Assembly: GCA_017633985.1 (NCBI GenBank)
Contig: JAGBOF010000033.1
Location: forward strand, 3,774 to 67,773
Source of the DNA: Bacteroidales bacterium
GTDB taxonomy: Bacteria > Bacteroidota > Bacteroidia > Bacteroidales > P3
Direction of reading: 5' to 3'
Length of the DNA stretch: 64,000 nucleotides
Part shown: piece by piece, positions 44,633 through 54,107 of the stretch
Numbering within the stretch: the first letter of the stretch is position 1
How the letters are laid out: the number at the start of each line of letters is the position of its first letter
Notes under the pieces: model-generated
Told to the model about the DNA's origin: nothing
The model's database searches: none
Seen by the model: the letters and a program-made list of their open reading frames with translations, nothing else
Made by a program: the position numbers and the translations under genes

Positions 44633-47600
44633 CTAATTTTCGATGCTTTCAAGCATCAAAAGAAGCCTGTTTTTAATGTTTACATCCGTTACGGAGTTGT
44701 CAAAATCCAGTGCCAAATAATTTAATTTCGGATACATCTCTTTTATCTTGTTTTCAACGCCCTTGCTGATTATGTGATTGGCAATGCAGCCGAACGGTTG
44801 CAGGGAAACAACGGTGTTAATTCCGTGCTGAACCATATTAACAATCTCCGCAGGCAGCAGCCATCCCTCTCCGAATTGGGTATACAGCGGAAGAATGCCT
44901 TTAACCTTGGTTGCAAGTTCGAAAACATTGTCCAAAGGATGGTAATAACGGAATTTCTCCATCGCTTTGTTGCAATTGTCGATACGTTTCTTTACAAGGC
45001 GGTAGAAAAAGTCCATAACAAATTGCGGAACGGACTGTTTCTCCACGTTATATTCCCTTTTAACTTTGCCGTTTACGAATGTCTGAACGAAAAACGTCAT
45101 AAGTGACGGCGGAATAACCTCAATACCTTGTTCAATCAGCCAATTGCTTACGTCATGATTGGCAAAAGAGTGATATTTTAGGTAAATCTCGCCTACAATT
45201 CCCACTTTCGGACGTTTGATTTCCTCGTCAGGCAAATAAGAATTGAAATCCGCAACGGCAATCTTCAACAAATTGTCAATACTTTTGCTGTCTTCTTTGA
45301 GGATAAGCAACTTGGCTTTGCGGATGTAATCATCGTGCAATTCCTTTACGGCTTTTCTGTCCTTTTCTTCGCATCTTACTATCGTGGAACAATACAAACG
45401 CGAAAGCGAATCGCCGAAAAGTATCGTTGAAAGGGCAATCGGCAACGTTTTTTTCCAATTCAGTTTAAATCCGTCTTGTTTTTTGGCTGTGTTTGAGCCG
45501 AAAGAAACAGACATAACGGGGACGTCTTTGAATCCTGCATCCACAAGAGCCTTACGGATTATAGCATAATAGTTGGTAGCACGGCATTGACCGCCCGTTT
45601 GTGTGATGCCGAAGGCAACTTTTGACAGATCATACTTACCGCTCTTCAATGCCTTTATCACATCTCCCACGATAAGCGTCGCAGGATAACAAACCTCGTT
45701 GTTAGCATACTTAAGACCTTCTTCTGCTGATATCTCATCGCTCTTTGGCAGTACTTCCAAATTGTAACCGTTGATTTTAAACAACTCTGGTAAGAACGGA
45801 GAGATATAATCGGTAAAGAATGGCGCAAGAATAGTACGGTGCTTTTCTTCAATGGAGAAATCCTTGGTGTCAATAAATGCCGTATTTTCTTTATGCGTAG
45901 GATTATTGTTCAGTTTAATGCTTTCAATCAAACTTCTTATCCTCAATTTCAAAGAGCCTGCGTTTTGAATGTCGTCAATCTTCAAGAACGTGGCGGATTT
46001 GCCGTGGCGGTGCAAAATATCCTGCACATCATCCAAAAGGAATGCGTCAGGACCGCAGCCGAACGAAGTCATCTGGGCGTAATGTACCTGATTGTTTTGA
46101 TTAGCCACGAAAAAGGCTGCATTTTCTATCCTGTTGATGTACGACCATTGCGAAACAATAAAAGAATTTAACCCCTTAAGGTAATTTTCATTCCTTGCAA
46201 TGTCTTCATTTATTACCGTAGCTCCCAGATGAGAGGCAATATTTGCTATTGAATGTTGAATAAGGTCGTCAGTGTGGTAAGGACGGCCTGCAAGTAAGAT
46301 TATAAGTTGATTGTTTGCCTTTGCCTTGTTGTAAAACTCCAAGTTCTTGTTGTACATATCATCTTCAAACTGCTTTCTTGCCTCAAGAGCGGACAGAAAT
46401 GCCTTTTCAAACAATGCAGATGGGATATTAAACGTATTTTTGAAGTATTCCTTGCAGTTTTTCTTCAAAAGTTTTTCGTCTTTGAACGTAAAAACGGGAT
46501 TATCTATCGTAATATCTTTGTGCTTTTCCTTAAGATGCTTGATAATTACGTTATAAGAAGACACAATCGGGCAGTTATATGTATTGTTCTCGTGTCCGCC
46601 TGCTTGTTTTTCGTAAACAATGTACGGGAAGAAGATATGCTTAATGCCTTTTGCGATAAGGTTGTCAATATGTGAGTGAGTCAGTTTGGCAGGGAAGCAA
46701 ATGTTCTCACTCATAACTTGATTCAAACTCTTTTCGTATGTGTTGTATTGCGAGATATCGGACAATACGGGCTCAATACCGCAAGCCTCAAACATAGCTT
46801 TCCAAAAAGGATAGTCCTCAAACATATTTAACGCCTTTGGAATGCCTATCTGATGCGAGTAAGTGCGTTTGCCGTATGACGGATTGTATTTTTCTTTTTC
46901 GAATTCCTTGGTTGAACCGAATAAACGCTTATATTTATAATGGTATATGTTATCTCCTTTTACCGAAGCCTGAACAGAGGAGTTGAAAATCTTTTCGCAG
47001 CGGTTTCCCGAGTGGAATATATTGTTGTTGGTGAACTTATACGTGGTTACCATGCAGTTATTTTCACACCCTTTGCAGATTGTGTTCTTTGCAGTGTAGT
47101 TATCCGCTTGTATTAAGGCGTCCAAATCCAAAGGAACTGTCTCTTTATTCTCTTGAAATGCCTTTGCGTGTAATGCACATCCGTAAGCGCCCATCAATTC
47201 AGGCGAATCGGAACGGTAAACTTTTCTTTCCAATAAAATCTCAAGCGCTCTTACCACACTGTCATTACGCATTGTTCCTCCCTGAACGACTATATGTTCG
47301 CCCAAAGACTTACCTTCCAATTTCAAAACCTTATACAAACAGTTTCTTACCACTGAATAAGACAATCCCGAGGAAATATCGGCAACCGTTCTGCCTTCAC
47401 GCAAAAACTGTTTTACTTTTGAGTTCATAAAGACCGTACAACGTGTTCCCAAATCGCAAGGATTTTCGGCAAATAAGGCTTTGTATGCAAAATCTTCTAT
47501 CTTATAACCCAAGCCCGTGGCAAATGTGTCTATGAAAGTGCCGCATCCCGAGGAGCAAGCTTCGTTTAACTCTATTCTGTTGAGCACTCCGCCCTCTATA

Positions 47601-48916
47601 TACATAGCTTTCATGTCCTGACCGCCTATATCAAGGATGAAATCCACCGAAGGAAGGATTTTTTTTGCGGCTTTATAGTGCGCAATAGTCTCCACAATGG
47701 AAGAATCAAACGAAAAAGCGGCTTTAATCAAGTCTTCGCCGTAACCTGTTGAGCAACCGCCGCAGATAACGGGCTTTGCGTTTTCTTTTTGTAAGGTTTC
47801 TTTCAATTGTTTTAGCCCTAAAATAACCGCATTTATCGGATTGCCGTTATTTTTTGCGTAATATTTAAACAGAATATGCTCCTCGTCATCCGTAAGTACT
47901 ATTTTAGTTGTCGTACTTCCCGAATCAATACCCAGATATGCTTTTCCGCTGTAATCTTTTATCGGTTTGTTATTATTGCCTAACGTTTCTTTGTCTTGTT
48001 TCCATGCCTGATACTCTTCAATGGAAGAAAAAAGTTGCTGAAGATTCTTTTCGTTTGTTATAACCTTGGAATTGTCTTCGTTAATTATCTTTTGCTCAAT
48101 TTCATCCAATGTAAGAACTTCGGCATTCTTGTTATAAAGACAACCCATTGCAACAAGCAAATTATTATCTTTGACTTTAATTAAAGAATCTTCCGTAATA
48201 TTCAAATATTCAAAGAAAGCGTTACGCAAAGACGTTATAAAAGTCAAAGGACCTCCCGCCAAAAGGATTTTTTCCTTTATTTCTTTTCCGCGTGACAATG
48301 CACTTACAACCTGAACCGCTATGGCGTGGAATATACTTGCGCAAATATCTTCTTTAGGTACGTTTTTGGCAGCAAGGTTCTGCACATCCGTCTTACTGAA
48401 CACCCCGCAACGCGAAGCAATAGGGTACAGATGCGTACTTTTTTGTGCCGCTGCGTCCATTTCCTGTATGCTCATTCCTAGAATTACGCCCATCTGGTCA
48501 ATAAATGCCCCTGTACCGCCTGCACAGTTGCCGTTCATACGCATATCAGGCAAAGCGTCCGCCTCCAAGAATATTATCTTTGCATCCTCTCCGCCTATGT
48601 CTATGATAGTATGTAAATCCTTTGAAATGTTTTTCGCAAAATTATTAAGGGCTACCACTTCCTGAATAAAGTAAAGCGAACATCTTTCCGCCAAACCCAT
48701 AGCCGCCGAACCCGAAAGAGTAATTGCGACACTGATGTTGCCCGTTTTTTCACGGATTTCTTTAAAGATTTCTTTAACCGTGCCTTTTATGTCGGCATTG
48801 TGACGTCTGTATGTAGAATAAACTATATTGCCCGCACTGTCCATGACAACCGTTTTGGCTGTTGTGGAACCTATGTCAAGCCCTGCCCTGTATATTTGAT
48901 TGTTGTTATAATTCAT
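44633..48916 (-). CDS. Giant BcrAD/BadFG-type activase fusion (two ATPase modules plus a DUF2229 / 2-hydroxyacyl-CoA dehydratase-like region)
   Basis: About 1427 aa counted from MNYNNNQIYRAGLDIGSTTAK. A second acetate/sugar-kinase-fold ATPase starts near AYLGIDSGSTTTK. The Cys-containing linker reads CKGCENNC. A long C-terminal region is typical of 'CoA-substrate-specific enzyme activase'-related proteins. Confidence 0.8.
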   Translation of the reverse strand: MNYNNNQIYRAGLDIGSTTAKTVVMDSAGNIVYSTYRRHNADIKGTVKEIFKEIREKTGNISVAITLSGSAAMGLAERCSLYFIQEVVALNNFAKNISKDLHTIIDIGGEDAKIIFLEADALPDMRMNGNCAGGTGAFIDQMGVILGMSIQEMDAAAQKSTHLYPIASRCGVFSKTDVQNLAAKNVPKEDICASIFHAIAVQVVSALSRGKEIKEKILLAGGPLTFITSLRNAFFEYLNITEDSLIKVKDNNLLVAMGCLYNKNAEVLTLDEIEQKIINEDNSKVITNEKNLQQLFSSIEEYQAWKQDKETLGNNNKPIKDYSGKAYLGIDSGSTTTKIVLTDDEEHILFKYYAKNNGNPINAVILGLKQLKETLQKENAKPVICGGCSTGYGEDLIKAAFSFDSSIVETIAHYKAAKKILPSVDFILDIGGQDMKAMYIEGGVLNRIELNEACSSGCGTFIDTFATGLGYKIEDFAYKALFAENPCDLGTRCTVFMNSKVKQFLREGRTVADISSGLSYSVVRNCLYKVLKLEGKSLGEHIVVQGGTMRNDSVVRALEILLERKVYRSDSPELMGAYGCALHAKAFQENKETVPLDLDALIQADNYTAKNTICKGCENNCMVTTYKFTNNNIFHSGNRCEKIFNSSVQASVKGDNIYHYKYKRLFGSTKEFEKEKYNPSYGKRTYSHQIGIPKALNMFEDYPFWKAMFEACGIEPVLSDISQYNTYEKSLNQVMSENICFPAKLTHSHIDNLIAKGIKHIFFPYIVYEKQAGGHENNTYNCPIVSSYNVIIKHLKEKHKDITIDNPVFTFKDEKLLKKNCKEYFKNTFNIPSALFEKAFLSALEARKQFEDDMYNKNLEFYNKAKANNQLIILLAGRPYHTDDLIQHSIANIASHLGATVINEDIARNENYLKGLNSFIVSQWSYINRIENAAFFVANQNNQVHYAQMTSFGCGPDAFLLDDVQDILHRHGKSATFLKIDDIQNAGSLKLRIRSLIESIKLNNNPTHKENTAFIDTKDFSIEEKHRTILAPFFTDYISPFLPELFKINGYNLEVLPKSDEISAEEGLKYANNEVCYPATLIVGDVIKALKSGKYDLSKVAFGITQTGGQCRATNYYAIIRKALVDAGFKDVPVMSVSFGSNTAKKQDGFKLNWKKTLPIALSTILFGDSLSRLYCSTIVRCEEKDRKAVKELHDDYIRKAKLLILKEDSKSIDNLLKIAVADFNSYLPDEEIKRPKVGIVGEIYLKYHSFANHDVSNWLIEQGIEVIPPSLMTFFVQTFVNGKVKREYNVEKQSVPQFVMDFFYRLVKKRIDNCNKAMEKFRYYHPLDNVFELATKVKGILPLYTQFGEGWLLPAEIVNMVQHGINTVVSLQPFGCIANHIISKGVENKIKEMYPKLNYLALDFDNSVTDVNIKNRLLLMLESIEN

Positions 48917-48939
48917 AGCCTTAAGAACTAATAAACATG

Positions 48940-48947
48940 CAAAATTA
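48940..48947 (-). promoter_or_regulatory. -7 box TAATTTTG (activase gene)
   Basis: It lies within the ORF-track extension and supports the ATG at 48916. Confidence 0.5.
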
Positions 48948-49133
48948 CGACATCTTTTTGACATTGAAAAATTAATCTGCGGTTAAAAATTGCTTCAAAT
49001 GCGGAATAACAGTCCCTTTTGGCGTTTGGGCTTAATGAAATAAATTAATCAATGTCCATTTTAATCCGTTTTTACGGCAAATTTTTGTGCAGTTTTTGCT
49101 TTTTGAAAGACCGCTGAAATGTCCCGCTAAAAA

Positions 49134-49218
49134 AAGACGGCGTTTTAAAAAATTAATCAGCCTGATTAATAAAATAAAACGCCGTATTAATAAATTTTTA
49201 AGCCTGATTATTTCGGCA
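49134..49218. repeat. 21-nt phased GC-core/AT-linker array
   Basis: Cores GACGGCG, CAGCCTG, ACGCCGT and AAGCCTG are centred near 49139, 49161, 49182 and 49203.5. ACGGCGTTTT pairs with AAAACGCCGT as an outer inverted repeat. Confidence 0.75.
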
Positions 49219-49290
49219 AAATGCAGACCTAATGTAATGTATTGATATTGTGTATGTTAAAAACCGAGGTTTATTTGCCCGTTTTGCCCT

Positions 49291-50163
49291 TTATTTTGTC
49301 TGTTTATTCAACCCCGCTTCAATGAATGCTTTCTCGGCCATATAAGACGAACGTACCAAAGGACCGCTTTCCACATTCTTAAATCCCATCTGCATTCCTT
49401 CTTCTTTATATTTGGCAAAAGTTTCGGGAGTTACATATTCGGCAACGTCCAAATGCTTTTTCGTAGGCTGGAGATATTGTCCTATGGTAAACAACTGCAC
49501 ACCTACGCTGCGTACGTCACGCATTATTTCAATAACTTCGTCATAAGTTTCGCCCAATCCGACCATTATTCCCGTCTTTGTTATAAAGCCTTTACCGGCT
49601 GCGTATTGCAAAGTTTTCAAACTTACATCGTATTTGGCACGGGAGCGTGTGGCGTCACTCAAACGTTTTACCGTTTCCATATTATGTGAAAACACATCGG
49701 GTTTCGCGGAAAGTACCGTGTCAATAAGTTCTTCCCTGCCGTCAAAATCGGGAGTCAGTATCTCAATTGTTGTATTCGGATTCTCTTTTCGTATAGCCTC
49801 CACCGTTTTACGCCAATGCTCTGCCCCCTTATCAGGTAAATCGTCCCTGTCTACCGAAGTTATAACGCAATGACGCAGTTTCATCAGTTTTACACTTTGT
49901 GCCACCTTTGCTGGTTCGTTATTATCAAGCGGTAAAGGCCGTCCCGTCATTGTGGCGCAGAATTTACACGAACGTGTACATATATCGCCTGCAATCATAA
50001 ATGTCGCCGTTCCCATACCCCAGCACTTTGAGGCGTTGGGACAATGTCCCGACGAACAAATCGTGTGTAATTTATTCATCTCCACCGTTTTCTTTACCTC
50101 GGTGTAATGCTCTCCCGTTTCCAAAGATATCTTTAACCAATCAGGTTTACGTAATGTTGCCAT
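49291..50163 (-). CDS. lipA: Lipoyl synthase
   Basis: It has the radical-SAM CxxxCxxC motif (CTRSCKFC) and the N-terminal auxiliary-cluster Cys motif (CSSGHCPNASKC). The start is set at MATLRKPDWLK. Confidence 0.92.
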   Translation of the reverse strand: MATLRKPDWLKISLETGEHYTEVKKTVEMNKLHTICSSGHCPNASKCWGMGTATFMIAGDICTRSCKFCATMTGRPLPLDNNEPAKVAQSVKLMKLRHCVITSVDRDDLPDKGAEHWRKTVEAIRKENPNTTIEILTPDFDGREELIDTVLSAKPDVFSHNMETVKRLSDATRSRAKYDVSLKTLQYAAGKGFITKTGIMVGLGETYDEVIEIMRDVRSVGVQLFTIGQYLQPTKKHLDVAEYVTPETFAKYKEEGMQMGFKNVESGPLVRSSYMAEKAFIEAGLNKQTK

Positions 50164-50190
50164 AAATAGATTATTTTCAATACTGTTTTG

Positions 50191-50198
50191 CAAAATTA
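50191..50198 (-). promoter_or_regulatory. -7 box TAATTTTG (lipA)
   Basis: It overlaps the first codon of the ORF-track N-terminal extension (50164-50193), so it argues for the ATG at 50163. Confidence 0.5.
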
Positions 50199-50211
50199 CG
50201 AAGAAAATCCG

Positions 50212-50219
50212 TATTTTTG
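50212..50219 (+). promoter_or_regulatory. -7 box TATTTTTG (DUF2520 gene)
   Basis: TAnnTTTG match about 100 nt upstream of the ATG at 50322. Confidence 0.45.
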
Positions 50220-50321
50220 CAAAAATTTAATCAAGTTATATAACCGCAGACAAAAGAAAAATTTTATTTCTGCAGCATTTTAGGCTTTACAAATATCATT
50301 TCACAACAGCGTACGGATATT

Positions 50322-51059
50322 ATGGAAATACAAACCGTAACAATAATAGGACAAGGCAACGTGGCAACCCATTATTATAATATAATGAGTGAAAAAGGCG
50401 TAAAAGTAAAGACGGTTTCTTCCCGTTTGCCGTTTCAAAGCGAAGATTTGCAGTCGGATTTAATCATTATAGCCGTCAAAGACGGAGCAATAGAACAAGT
50501 TTGCAACAATCTGCAAGCCCGATATCCGATGTTAGGTACCCAAAATCAGATATTAGTTCACACAAGCGGCTATGTGTCTACGGATTGTCTGAAGAAAATA
50601 AGCGGAAATTACGGATCGTTTTATCCTTTGCAGACTTTGAAAAAAGGAATTGCGGTAGATTTTTCTTCGGTTCCCCTTTGCACATGGGCAAATAACGGAA
50701 AAAGTGCATTGAAATTGGAAAATATTGCAAAAAAACTCTCTGACATTCATTACACATTGGATGACAACCAAAGAAAAACGCTTCATCTTGCGGCGGTATT
50801 TGCAAATAATTTCCCCAATCATCTTTTCGGTATAGCCAAGCGTATATTGGATAAAGAGAACGTACCGTTTGAAGTTTTGTTTCCGCTGATGGACAGAACC
50901 GTTCAGGCTGCCAAGGCAAACAATCCTTTTGATATTCAGACAGGACCTGCATTCCGCAGAGAAACCTCGATAATGGAGCAACACAAACAGCGTCTTAACG
51001 AAACGGAAAAAAGTATTTATGACATAATAAGCGAGAGTATTATAAAAGAATCAAAATAA
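50322..51059 (+). CDS. Rossmann-like / DUF2520 domain protein
   Basis: 245 aa with an N-terminal IIGQGNV dinucleotide-binding-like motif. The C-terminal half resembles DUF2520 (LHLAAVFANNF ... TGPA.R). Confidence 0.6.
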   Translation: MEIQTVTIIGQGNVATHYYNIMSEKGVKVKTVSSRLPFQSEDLQSDLIIIAVKDGAIEQVCNNLQARYPMLGTQNQILVHTSGYVSTDCLKKISGNYGSFYPLQTLKKGIAVDFSSVPLCTWANNGKSALKLENIAKKLSDIHYTLDDNQRKTLHLAAVFANNFPNHLFGIAKRILDKENVPFEVLFPLMDRTVQAAKANNPFDIQTGPAFRRETSIMEQHKQRLNETEKSIYDIISESIIKESK

Positions 51060-51061
51060 TA

Positions 51062-51757
51062 ATGAAAAAGAACGTAGTAGTATTGACGGGAGCGGGCATT
51101 TCGGCAGAAAGCGGCATAAAGACATTCAGGGATTCCGACGGTTTATGGGAAAACTACCGCATAGAAGATGTCGCCAATTATGATTCGTTTGAAAAAGACA
51201 GCGAATTGGTAACGAAATTCTACAACGCGCGCCGACGCCAGCTGACAACAACCCTGCCAAATGAGGGTCATAAACAATTAGTCCGCCTTGAAGACAAATT
51301 CAATGTAACTGTCATTACACAGAATGTGGACGATCTGCACGAAAGAGCGGGAAGCAAAAAAATAATACACCTTCACGGAGAACTGACAAAGGCATGCAGC
51401 GTCAGCGATAAGAGTGAAATTTACGATGTAGGCTACCATGACATAACGCCTATGGATGTTGATAAAAACGGAGAGATGTTACGGCCTTTTATCGTGTGGT
51501 TCGGAGAATCCGTTCCTATGCTTGAACCCGCTGTTGAAGCGGTTCAGAAGGCGGATATACTTATTATAATAGGTACAAGCTTGGTTGTATATCCTGCAGC
51601 GGGCTTGATACACTATGCACCCAAGGATTGCAAAAAATATCTTGTCGATCCCAAACGTCCTGATGCAGATTTAAGTGGAATAACCTTTATCGAGCAGAAA
51701 GCGTCAGTCGGTGTAAAACAAGTAGTTGATCAGATTTTAGAAGAGAATAATAATTGA
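51062..51757 (+). CDS. cobB: NAD-dependent protein deacylase (Sir2/CobB family)
   Basis: 231 aa with GAGISAESGI.TFR, QNVDDLHERAG and HG motifs. I did not identify a zinc-ribbon Cys motif, although the length fits short Sir2 homologs. Confidence 0.88.
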   Translation: MKKNVVVLTGAGISAESGIKTFRDSDGLWENYRIEDVANYDSFEKDSELVTKFYNARRRQLTTTLPNEGHKQLVRLEDKFNVTVITQNVDDLHERAGSKKIIHLHGELTKACSVSDKSEIYDVGYHDITPMDVDKNGEMLRPFIVWFGESVPMLEPAVEAVQKADILIIIGTSLVVYPAAGLIHYAPKDCKKYLVDPKRPDADLSGITFIEQKASVGVKQVVDQILEENNN

Positions 51758-51765
51758 TAAAATTT

Positions 51766-51845
51766 TTAAGGCTTATTGTGAAATTAAAACGGCGTTTAAA
51801 AAAATTAAAACAGCGTTTTATTTTACTGAAAAGGCGTTTTAATTT
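51766..51845. repeat. 21-nt phased GC-core/AT-linker array (degenerate)
   Basis: AAGGCTT, AACGGCGTTT, AACAGCGTTTTA and AAGGCGTTTTA cores are separated by AAAAAATTAAA / TTTTACTGAA linkers. Confidence 0.6.
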
Positions 51846-51875
51846 TCCAAATTTGGAGTGCATGTTTTTATTTCG

Positions 51876-51883
51876 TAATTTTG
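51876..51883 (+). promoter_or_regulatory. -7 box TAATTTTG (miaB)
   Basis: It lies only about 10-17 nt upstream of the candidate starts at 51894 and 51900, which implies a very short leader. Confidence 0.5.
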
Positions 51884-51893
51884 CAAAAATTTT

Positions 51894-53204
51894 ATGCGGA
51901 TGAAAAACGTTTATATAGAGACTTACGGCTGTCAGATGAATCAAGCCGACAGCGGTATAGTGGGTAAAGTGCTTGTTGAAAACGGTTATTCGCTTGTCAA
52001 TAACCAGGATGATGCCGATGTGATACTTATCAATACCTGTGCGGTAAGGGATAATGCTGAAAAGAGAATACACAACCGTGTCCACGATTTGCAAAGTCTT
52101 AAAAAGAAAAATCCTTTGCTTAAGATAGGAATTATAGGTTGTATGGCAGAGAGATTGAAAGACAGTTTGATTAACGAAGATAAGGCGGAGATAGTTTGCG
52201 GACCAGATTCTTACAGACGTATCCATGAATTGATAGACCTTAACGGCGGCATAGATACCGAACTTTCCAAAGAGGAAACTTATGAGGATATTATTCCCGT
52301 TGAATTGAACAGTGACGGGATTTCTGCATTTATTTCGGTTATGCGCGGATGCGAAAACTTCTGCACTTATTGCGTTGTGCCTTATACCCGCGGTAAGGAG
52401 CGTTCCCGTTCGCCCGAAAGCGTAATTGCTCAAGCAAAGAAATTGTTTGACGAAGGTTACAGGGATATTACTTTGCTCGGTCAGAACGTTAATTCCTATA
52501 TTTATAACGAAGACGGAAAAGATGTGCGTTTTGCGGAGCTGTTAATAAGGGTCGCAAAGATTAATCCTTTGTTGCGCGTGCGTTTTGCGACATCCCATCC
52601 CAAGGATTTGAGTGAGGAATTGGTTGATGCGGTTGCTTCATATAATAATATATGTAAATACATCCATCTTCCCGTACAATCTGGCAGTGATGCAATGCTT
52701 GCAAAGATGAACAGGAAGTATACTTCGGAGCAATATTTACAAAAAATAGATTTGATAAGAAAAAAAATCCCCGACTGTGCGATAAGTACCGACGTTATAG
52801 CGGGATTTTGCGGTGAAACATTGGAGGATCATAACAGGACGCTGGAAATTTTCCGTAAAGTCAGATATGATTCGGCTTATATGTTTAAATATTCCGACCG
52901 TCCCGGTACTGTTGCCCATAAAAGGTTTGAAGACGACATTGAAGAAAAGGAAAAAGTACGCAGACTGCAGGAGATAATAGATTTGCAGAGAGAACTTTCC
53001 CTTGAAAGTAATCAAAAGGATATAGGTAAGATATTTGAGGTTTTGGTTGAGGGAGAAAGTAAAAGAGATAAGACGAAATATTTCGGAAGAACATCTCAAA
53101 ATAAGGTCGTAATATTTGATAAACAGGATAATAAGAAAGGGGATTATATTAATGTTATCATAGAAAATTGTACTTCTGCGACACTTTTCGGGAAAAAAAT
53201 ATGA
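51894..53204 (+). CDS. miaB: tRNA-2-methylthio-N6-dimethylallyladenosine synthase
   Basis: It has the UPF0004 domain YIETYGCQMN, the radical-SAM motif CENFCTYC and a C-terminal TRAM domain. Confidence 0.92.
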   Translation: MRMKNVYIETYGCQMNQADSGIVGKVLVENGYSLVNNQDDADVILINTCAVRDNAEKRIHNRVHDLQSLKKKNPLLKIGIIGCMAERLKDSLINEDKAEIVCGPDSYRRIHELIDLNGGIDTELSKEETYEDIIPVELNSDGISAFISVMRGCENFCTYCVVPYTRGKERSRSPESVIAQAKKLFDEGYRDITLLGQNVNSYIYNEDGKDVRFAELLIRVAKINPLLRVRFATSHPKDLSEELVDAVASYNNICKYIHLPVQSGSDAMLAKMNRKYTSEQYLQKIDLIRKKIPDCAISTDVIAGFCGETLEDHNRTLEIFRKVRYDSAYMFKYSDRPGTVAHKRFEDDIEEKEKVRRLQEIIDLQRELSLESNQKDIGKIFEVLVEGESKRDKTKYFGRTSQNKVVIFDKQDNKKGDYINVIIENCTSATLFGKKI

Positions 53205-53233
53205 TAAAATGGTGAAAATAAATCAGAATTTTG

Positions 53234-53241
53234 TATCTTTG
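53234..53241 (+). promoter_or_regulatory. -7 box TATCTTTG (wza-like gene)
   Basis: It lies inside the ORF-track extension and supports the ATG at 53263. Confidence 0.55.
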
Positions 53242-53262
53242 CACTTTCAAATTATGTATAGA

Positions 53263-54096
53263 ATGAAGAAAATTGTAAAATTATGCAGTGTATTGTCAGT
53301 AGTTGTATTAATGCTGGCATCGTGTACATCCCAAAAGAATTTGGTGTATTTTCAAAATGATGAATTGGACGGGAAGGTTCCCGATGAACAGGTATATACT
53401 TATCCTGACGGACAAAGCAATGCTTCTCCTGAATACAAACTTCAGCATCATGACATGTTGTACGTGCAGATAGTTTCTACGGTAGACGAAGAAGCAACCA
53501 GACTGTTCTCGGGAGCAAGTACAAATAATAACAATTATGCACAGACTTCTGAAACAGGTATTTATTTTAATTCGTACGAAGTGGATGATAAAGGAAATAT
53601 ATCATTGCCCGTTATAGGAGAAGTCAGTGTTTTGGGAATGACGATAGACCAGGCTTCGGAAGCAATACGTAAGAAAGCGGAAGAATATTCCAAGGGCGTT
53701 ATTGTTACCTGCCGTATGGTAACCTTCAAAATAAAGGTTACAGGAGAGGTAAACCGTCCGGGAATCTATACATTCTACCAACCGAGTGTCAATGTGTTTG
53801 ACGCATTGATAACGGCAGGCGATTTGACATACGACGGCAACCGTTCGAAAGTAAGGGTTGTAAGAAAGAATGCAAATGAAGATTTGGTGTATACATTGGA
53901 TATAAGAAAGACTTCGGTATTAAGGGATCCGCATTACTATTTACGTCCCGGAGATATAGTTTACGTTGAACCGAATAAAAACACCAAAACTCTTACTGCA
54001 GTAAACCGTCCGTTGTCTACGATAGGTTCGATAGCGTCAATACTTACTGCATTCGCAACATTGGTTTTAACTATACATAATTTAAATAAAAAATAG
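53263..54096 (+). CDS. wza: Polysaccharide export outer-membrane protein (Wza/BexD/CtrA family)
   Basis: The lipoprotein-like signal is MKKIVKLCSVLSVVVLMLASC. It has Poly_export motifs (D.L.V.V, DG.I.LP.IG.V...G.T) and an SLBB-type region (V.G.V..PG.Y). Confidence 0.85.
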   Translation: MKKIVKLCSVLSVVVLMLASCTSQKNLVYFQNDELDGKVPDEQVYTYPDGQSNASPEYKLQHHDMLYVQIVSTVDEEATRLFSGASTNNNNYAQTSETGIYFNSYEVDDKGNISLPVIGEVSVLGMTIDQASEAIRKKAEEYSKGVIVTCRMVTFKIKVTGEVNRPGIYTFYQPSVNVFDALITAGDLTYDGNRSKVRVVRKNANEDLVYTLDIRKTSVLRDPHYYLRPGDIVYVEPNKNTKTLTAVNRPLSTIGSIASILTAFATLVLTIHNLNKK

Positions 54097-54107
54097 TCTG
54101 ATTGAAA

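Noticed and set aside
53205-53262. Phase-variable (inverton) promoter upstream of wza/wzc
   Set aside because: The spacer is only about 58 nt. It has a single fixed TATCTTTG box and no flanking inverted repeats.
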